In this document: positions 58,414 to 64,000 of the stretch, piece after piece
Numbering within the stretch: position 1 is the first letter of the stretch
Layout of the letters: each line of letters starts with the position of its first letter
Assembly (NCBI GenBank): GCA_043823065.1
Contig: JBDRBB010000008.1
Coordinates: forward strand, 192,001 to 256,000
Source: Pseudomonadota bacterium
Lineage (GTDB): Bacteria > UBA10199 > 2-02-FULL-44-16 > DYJF01
DNA length: 64,000 nt
Direction: 5' to 3'
Translations under genes and position numbers: made by a program
The notes under the pieces: model-generated
Told to the model about the DNA's origin: nothing
The model's input: only the letters and a program-made list of their open reading frames with translations
Databases searched by the model: none

Positions 58414-59967
58414 TTATTTTGGCCTAAGAATGTAGCAACCAAGCATTAAGTCCTCTTGAAAACCTCTTCCAATCCCAATAATTGGAGGGCCTTCAATAAA
58501 ATCAGTAATTTTATAATTATCTTCAATTGCTTGCGTGATTTTATCACCTAGCCATTGTTCAGGCACAATATTCATATATATACGATCATATTGCTTATTT
58601 TTTATTCTTGATAAAGTTAAAGTCTGATCAGTTTGATTGGCTGATTTAAGCTCAATTATTGAATTAGCGCGATCTAGAGGTACCCCAATATAGTTGTTTC
58701 TAATCAAGTGCATAATTCCATGGGGCAGTAAGATATTGCTTCCTTGTTCTAAATCTGTTTTGATCGCTTGTTCAATTTTAGCACAGTATTGATAATGTAA
58801 ATCTTTGGGGGGTATTTTTATTGGCCGAAAGGGAAGGATAACAGCAAAGCAAAGAATCAATGTAAAAGCCGTGATTAATAAACTGTGCTTGGCAATTTTG
58901 TTTTTTTGCATCCAAGGGGATTTTTCCAAAGTGTTGGGCAAATTAATCAGCCAGGGCCAGACAATCAGCAAAATCCAGATGTTTGGTAAAGTAAAGCTAT
59001 TCCAAAGTCCCATTTGTTTAAATGCGCCAAAGATATTCGGAATGACTACAAATATGCCTATGAAAAACCAAGAAATTAACAATGATCTAGTTTTAGATTT
59101 GTAGAATTGATAAAACGCTATGATGCCTACTATGTAAAAAATAGAGTGTAGAAAAAACAGCTGTTTTATAAATGCTAACTTTGTAACATGCAGTGGATGT
59201 TCTAATAGTATTTTTAAGGTATAATAGTTGATATTCTCATCTGCTGAGAAAAAAATCGTAAAAGAAATAATAGTAACTAATATACCTATTAATGCTAATA
59301 TAATTTTTTTTCTAAAACCCCAAATATTAGAAAGTAAAAAAGATAGAATGGGGCCACAAATAATTAGCGCACTGGTTTGTTTAATAAAAATACCTAGCGC
59401 GCTAAGTGTTAAGGTAAACACAGCAAGTAAGAAATTTGCATGAAGTAGACTTAACCAGCAAATTAATAAAACTAATATTGTGTGTAGAATTTGGAGGTTG
59501 TCTGGATGAGGTATATCAGCATTAAAATTATAAAAAATTATTAATAAAGAGGCTCCAAATGCCACTATAAAAAAAAGTAAAGCAGGTAACTGCTCATTTA
59601 ATAAACGAGCTATAATTAACATTATTTTAGCAGCTAGTAGTGCTGCTAAAATTCCAATTACGACAATTACTAATCTGCAAATAAATATATCTAGATTAAG
59701 GTCAAATATATTAATAATAAAAAAAACTATTTTTTCTAAACCAAAAGAATAGACAAACGAATTGGCATCTGCTGGTGCGGTATAAATTGGTAGACCGTTT
59801 TTTAGTTTTAAAAGATTAGTTAAAAAGGGGCTTTCAGCCCAGATTAATAGATCCCAGGGAAAAGATAGGCGAGCTAATGTTACTTTACTTATAAGAAAGG
59901 CCCAATAATAAATGATAACGCCTATAATGCCTTGATTTATTAAGTTTTTTAGTTTCATTTTTCGCAT
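58414..59967 (-). CDS. Polytopic membrane protein, GT-C-like paralog 3
   Basis: RLSFPWD..W.E, APADANS, PHPDNLQI.H, IKQ and VPLDR motifs. Confidence 0.6.
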   Translation of the reverse strand: MRKMKLKNLINQGIIGVIIYYWAFLISKVTLARLSFPWDLLIWAESPFLTNLLKLKNGLPIYTAPADANSFVYSFGLEKIVFFIINIFDLNLDIFICRLVIVVIGILAALLAAKIMLIIARLLNEQLPALLFFIVAFGASLLIIFYNFNADIPHPDNLQILHTILVLLICWLSLLHANFLLAVFTLTLSALGIFIKQTSALIICGPILSFLLSNIWGFRKKIILALIGILVTIISFTIFFSADENINYYTLKILLEHPLHVTKLAFIKQLFFLHSIFYIVGIIAFYQFYKSKTRSLLISWFFIGIFVVIPNIFGAFKQMGLWNSFTLPNIWILLIVWPWLINLPNTLEKSPWMQKNKIAKHSLLITAFTLILCFAVILPFRPIKIPPKDLHYQYCAKIEQAIKTDLEQGSNILLPHGIMHLIRNNYIGVPLDRANSIIELKSANQTDQTLTLSRIKNKQYDRIYMNIVPEQWLGDKITQAIEDNYKITDFIEGPPIIGIGRGFQEDLMLGCYILRPK

Positions 59968-60017
59968 TATATCTTGGCTAGGTTTATTTTACGATAAAAA
60001 ATTATCTCATCTACAAT

Positions 60018-60051
60018 AAAAAAACCCGAGGTCAAGTGACCTCGGGTTTTT
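60018..60051 (-). terminator. Intrinsic terminator downstream of acs
   Basis: AAAAAAA-CCCGAGGTCA-AG-TGACCTCGGG-TTTTT. Confidence 0.88.
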
Positions 60052-60054
60052 GTT

Positions 60055-60082
60055 ATCCTTCGACTAGGCTCAGGATGAACGG
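60055..60082 (-). repeat. Single REP-like bulged hairpin of a related type
   Basis: Minus strand CCGTTCATCCTGAGCCTAGTCGAAGGAT shares the GAGC-loop-GTCGA core. Confidence 0.65.
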
Positions 60083-60086
60083 TTAT

Positions 60087-62070
60087 TTACTTCCTTCCCT
60101 CTACCAAAGCATTCACCACATTAGGATCAGCCAGAGTTGTAATATCGCCCAGGTTTTTGATATCGCCTTCAGCGATTTTGCGCAAGATACGGCGCATGAT
60201 TTTGCCAGAACGGGTTTTAGGCAAGGCGTCAGTAAACTGCATTTTATCTGGGGTGGCAATTGGGCCGATTTCTTTGCGTACATGGGCTATCAGGCTTTTA
60301 ATTAGATCATCAGAAGGCTTGTTGCCGGTCTTTAAGGTGACATAAGCGTAAATGCCTTGGCCCTTAATTTCATGCGGGCAACCAACTACTGCTGCTTCAG
60401 CAACTGTGGGGTGAGAAACCAGAGCTGATTCCACTTCAGCAGTGCCGATTCTATGTCCGGAAACATTGATCACATCATCCACCCGGCCCATGAGCCAGTA
60501 GTAGCCATCTTCATCGCAACGAGCGCCGTCACCAGTGAAATAAACACCAGGGAACATGGCAAAGTAGGTTTCTTTGAAACGTTCATGATGATTATAAACC
60601 GTGCGCATAATTCCAGGCCAAGGCTCTTCAATTACCAAATAGCCGCCTTCGTTTGGTTTGCATTCACTGCCATCTTCCCGAATGATTTTTGGTTTTACGC
60701 CAAAGAAAGGAACTGTAGCTGAACCTGGTTTAATAGAAATTGCACCCGGCAGGGGCGCAATCAAAGCTCCACCAGTTTCAGTTTGCCACCAGGTATCAAT
60801 AATTGGGCAACGAGTGCCGCCAATATTATTGTAATACCACATCCAGGCTTCTGGATTAATGGGTTCGCCCACTGTGCCTAGAATTCTTAAAGAAGTGAGA
60901 TTATGTTTTTTAGGCCACTGCTCGCCTTCGCGCATTAAAGCCCTAATAGCTGTTGGCGCTGTATAGAAAATACTGACTTTGTGTTTTTCCACTACTTCCC
61001 AGAAACGATCTGGTTCTGGATAGTTTGGCACGCCTTCAAACATTACTTGAGTGGCACAGCTGCAAAGCGGGGGCATAAACTATATAAGTATGGCCAGTTA
61101 CCCAACCAATATCTGCGGTACACCAGAACACATCATTTTCATGATAATCAAACATATATTTGAAAGTTGTGGTGCCATAAACCATGTAACCAGCAGTGGT
61201 ATGCAAAACACCTTTGGGTTTGCCGGTTGAACCTGAAGTATAAAGAATAAAAGCAGGGTCTTCAGCGCCAACATGTTCTGGCTCGCAAGTAGTGGATGCT
61301 TTGGCCATTAGATCATGCCACCAGAAGTCACGTCCTTGTTTCATTTCAACTTTTTCGCCAGAATGTTTTAAGTTGATGCAAGTTTTAATTGGGCCACCAG
61401 CTTCTTCGCATAATTTCATGGCCTCATCTGCTGCTGCTTTCAGAGGAATGCTCTTTTTAGCGCGGAAACCGCCATCAGCAGTAATTAGCACTGTGCAGCC
61501 AGAATCCAAGATGCGGTCGCGCAAAGATTCAGCAGAAAAGCCGCCAAACACTACAGAATGGACCGCGCCAATTCTGGTGCAAGCCAGCATGGCTACAGGA
61601 AGTTCTGGAACCATGGGCATGTAAATAGAGACGCGATCACCTTTTTTCACGCCTTTTTCTTTGAGCACATTGGCAAATTTACAAGTTTCATCTAAGAGTT
61701 GTTTATAAGTGATGTTTTTGGTCTCAGTTGGTTCATTTCCTTCCCAGATTAAGGCCACTCTATCACCCTTGCCAGCTTTTACCCAACGATCCAGGCAATT
61801 TACTGAAATATTGGTGGTAGCGCCTTCAAAAAAGCGAATATCAATCTTATTTTTGAAATCATAGGAACGTACTTTATCCCACTTCTTGAACCATACGAAA
61901 TCATTGGCTATTTTGCTCCAAAAAGTTTCTGGATCTTTAATTGATTCATCCCACATTTTTTTGTAGGTAGCAAAATCCTTGATCCAGGCATGTTTTCTTA
62001 ATTCAGCTGGTGGATCAAATTTCCTTTGTTCATCCATCATGGATTTGATACCTTGCTTGTTATCAGACAT
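60087..62070 (-). CDS. acs: Acetyl-CoA synthetase, split by a 1-nt frameshift at a C5 run (61069-61073)
   Basis: [44 protein letters not shown] and [12 protein letters not shown] motifs; GGAGG RBS before ATG 62070. Confidence 0.95.
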
Positions 62071-62150
62071 GTAATCCTCCTTTAGTTTTTTTACTTGAAG
62101 TGATAATGGAAGGCCCTTATAAAGGCTTAAACCTAAATTTGTCAACACCT

Positions 62151-64000
62151 ATGAAAAGATTAAAAAATCAGCCAAATAAGCCCAAAAAGTCATTTAAACA
62201 AAAATTGAAACAAGCCTGGTCCATATTTAAGATCTTGGTGATTGTGGGGATTGTAACCAGCATATTGGGTTTTTATTATCTAAAACATCTAAACCGTTTA
62301 ATTGAGGCTAAATTTGACCAACCTCGTAAATGGAACCTCCCTTCCCGCATTTATTCTGATGCTGCTTATCTTTATCCAGGCCTGGATTTGAAAACCAGCC
62401 ATATTATAGAAAAACTGGATCGTTTGGGTTATCGCAATGTGGGAACAGAAATTAAGGGTCCTGGTGATTATGCTCAAGCTTCAGATCATCTGGATATTTA
62501 TCTGCATGATTTTAAATATCCTTTGGAAGATTTTAAGGGCTTTGCTTTGCGTCTGAAGCTTGTTGAAGATCAAATTGTGGAATTGATTAAGCTAGCTAGT
62601 AAAGAAGATTTATCGGTAGCCAAACTAGAACCAGAACAAATATCTTCTATATTTGACAAACAAATGGAAGATCGCACTGTGGTTAATTTGCAACAAGTTC
62701 CACCCATGCTTTTGCAATCTATCATCGTGATAGAAGATGAAAGATATTTTAAGCACAAGGGTGTTGATCCTTGGGGAATAGCTAGGGCTGCGGTTAAAAA
62801 TTTAATGGCCCTGCGCATTGTCGAAGGAGGTTCCACTTTAACGCAACAGTTGATAAAAAATTATTTTTTGCATTCAAAAAAATCTTTTTGGCGAAAATTT
62901 CGTGAGCAGTTAATGGCCATTCAGCTGGAACAAAATCACACCAAAGCTGAAATTCTGGAAGCCTATATTAATGAAATATATCTGGGTCAGCGCGGGTCAT
63001 CCAGTATTTCAGGTGTTGCTGAAGCTGCGCGTTACTTTTTTGCCAAAAATGTGGATCAGTTAACCATTAGTGAATGCGCGCTTTTGGCAGGCATGATCAG
63101 AAGTCCATATTCATATAATCCCAGGCTTCATCCGGAGCGAGCTCAAGAACGCCGCAATTTTGTCTTAAACAGATTGTTGGAAGAAGATCTTATTTCAGAA
63201 CAGCAATATAAAAAAGCACTTGCTGAACCTATTATCATGCCCAAAGCAATTATTACTGCAGGTCGTGCGCCGTATTTTATTGATTTTGTTAAAATGCAAC
63301 TGGCTGATTTATATCCAGAAGAGGTGTTGCAAACAGAGGGCCTGCACATTTTTACCACTTTGGATATGAGTATGCAGCTGGCTGCGGAAAAAGCGGTGCA
63401 AGAAGGACTGAAAACTTTGGAGCAAAGCTATGGCAAGACCCTGCCCAAAGATCATTTAGGAGATTTGCAAGGTGTGCTAATTGCCATGCAACCAGCCAAT
63501 GGTTACATTAGGGCGTTGGTTGGGGGGCGTAATTATGCTGAAAGCCAGTTTAATCGCGCTGTTCAGGCCAATCGCCAACCTGGCTCTGCTTTTAAGCCAT
63601 TTGTTTATTTAACAGCTTTGGATCCAAGGAAGAGTGATACTTTTTATACTCCGGCTTCCATGGCGGAAGATGCAGCATTTAGCGTTGAATCTGGTGGAGA
63701 AAACTGGTCGCCTAAAAATTATGATAATGAAGAGCATGGCCTGGTTTCGCTACGCACTGCTTTGGAAAAAAGCTATAATATTGTGGCTGCCAAAGTGGCG
63801 ATTAATGCAGGTTTGGACAATGTGGTAAAAACTGCTGGTCAAGCTGGAATAAAAAGTAAAATTGATCCTGTGCCTTCTTTGGCGCTTGGTTCTTTTGAAG
63901 TAACGCCCATGGAGCTAGCTGCAGCTTATACCATTTTCCCCAACGGCGGAATTTTGGCCCAACCCATTTCAATTATGCATGTGGTTACAGAAAAAGGTGA
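62151..64000 (+). CDS. mrcB: Class A penicillin-binding protein PBP1B (partial, runs off the window; not in the ORF track)
   Basis: TM helix, KWNLPSRIYSD, UB2H-like region, IEDERYFKHKGVD, GGSTLTQQLIKN, RQPGSAFKPF and SYN motifs. Confidence 0.88.
   Translation, partial: MKRLKNQPNKPKKSFKQKLKQAWSIFKILVIVGIVTSILGFYYLKHLNRLIEAKFDQPRKWNLPSRIYSDAAYLYPGLDLKTSHIIEKLDRLGYRNVGTEIKGPGDYAQASDHLDIYLHDFKYPLEDFKGFALRLKLVEDQIVELIKLASKEDLSVAKLEPEQISSIFDKQMEDRTVVNLQQVPPMLLQSIIVIEDERYFKHKGVDPWGIARAAVKNLMALRIVEGGSTLTQQLIKNYFLHSKKSFWRKFREQLMAIQLEQNHTKAEILEAYINEIYLGQRGSSSISGVAEAARYFFAKNVDQLTISECALLAGMIRSPYSYNPRLHPERAQERRNFVLNRLLEEDLISEQQYKKALAEPIIMPKAIITAGRAPYFIDFVKMQLADLYPEEVLQTEGLHIFTTLDMSMQLAAEKAVQEGLKTLEQSYGKTLPKDHLGDLQGVLIAMQPANGYIRALVGGRNYAESQFNRAVQANRQPGSAFKPFVYLTALDPRKSDTFYTPASMAEDAAFSVESGGENWSPKNYDNEEHGLVSLRTALEKSYNIVAAKVAINAGLDNVVKTAGQAGIKSKIDPVPSLALGSFEVTPMELAAAYTIFPNGGILAQPISIMHVVTEKG

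Noticed and set aside
12628..60017. Island as a prophage or integrative element
   Set aside because: No integrase, transposase, tRNA target or terminal direct repeats seen; it looks like a variable chromosomal surface locus

Overview
Bacterial chromosomal window whose gene content suggests a Gram-negative, deltaproteobacterial-type organism (inference). 1-12.6 kb holds the dcw cell-wall/division cluster (mraY 3' end, murD, ftsW, murG, murC, murB, ddl, ftsQ, ftsA, ftsZ) and an MltD-like LysM lytic transglycosylase. 12.6-60 kb is a visibly more AT-rich cell-surface island. It encodes nucleotide-sugar and polyprenyl-sugar donor pathways (GDP-heptose enzymes, amino-sugar enzymes, a UbiA-type phosphoribosyltransferase), a carbamoyltransferase/SxtJ/DUF5989/SGNH module, about nine GT-C-like polytopic membrane proteins and two Thr-type sulfatase-fold enzymes. 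It also carries a Gld-like ABC transporter, an Omp85-like protein, a sigma54-driven secreted protein and an atypical chaperone/usher-like operon. 60-64 kb contains acs and the 5' part of PBP1B. The most unusual non-coding signal is a family of bulged palindromic repeats (TATT(C/G)TTCGAGC-loop-GTCGAGAA). These form arrays on both sides of a small stand-alone GIY-YIG nuclease gene (a REPtron-like layout with no RAYT in the window). They are also scattered as inverted doublets between dcw genes, bound an AbiE toxin-antitoxin pair, and supply the C-termini of three proteins. A second palindrome family sits in frame inside murD and ftsQ. Four single-base frameshifts at homopolymers (murB, usher-like gene, an epimerase, acs) may be sequencing errors. 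All calls are by eye from motifs; no searches were run.
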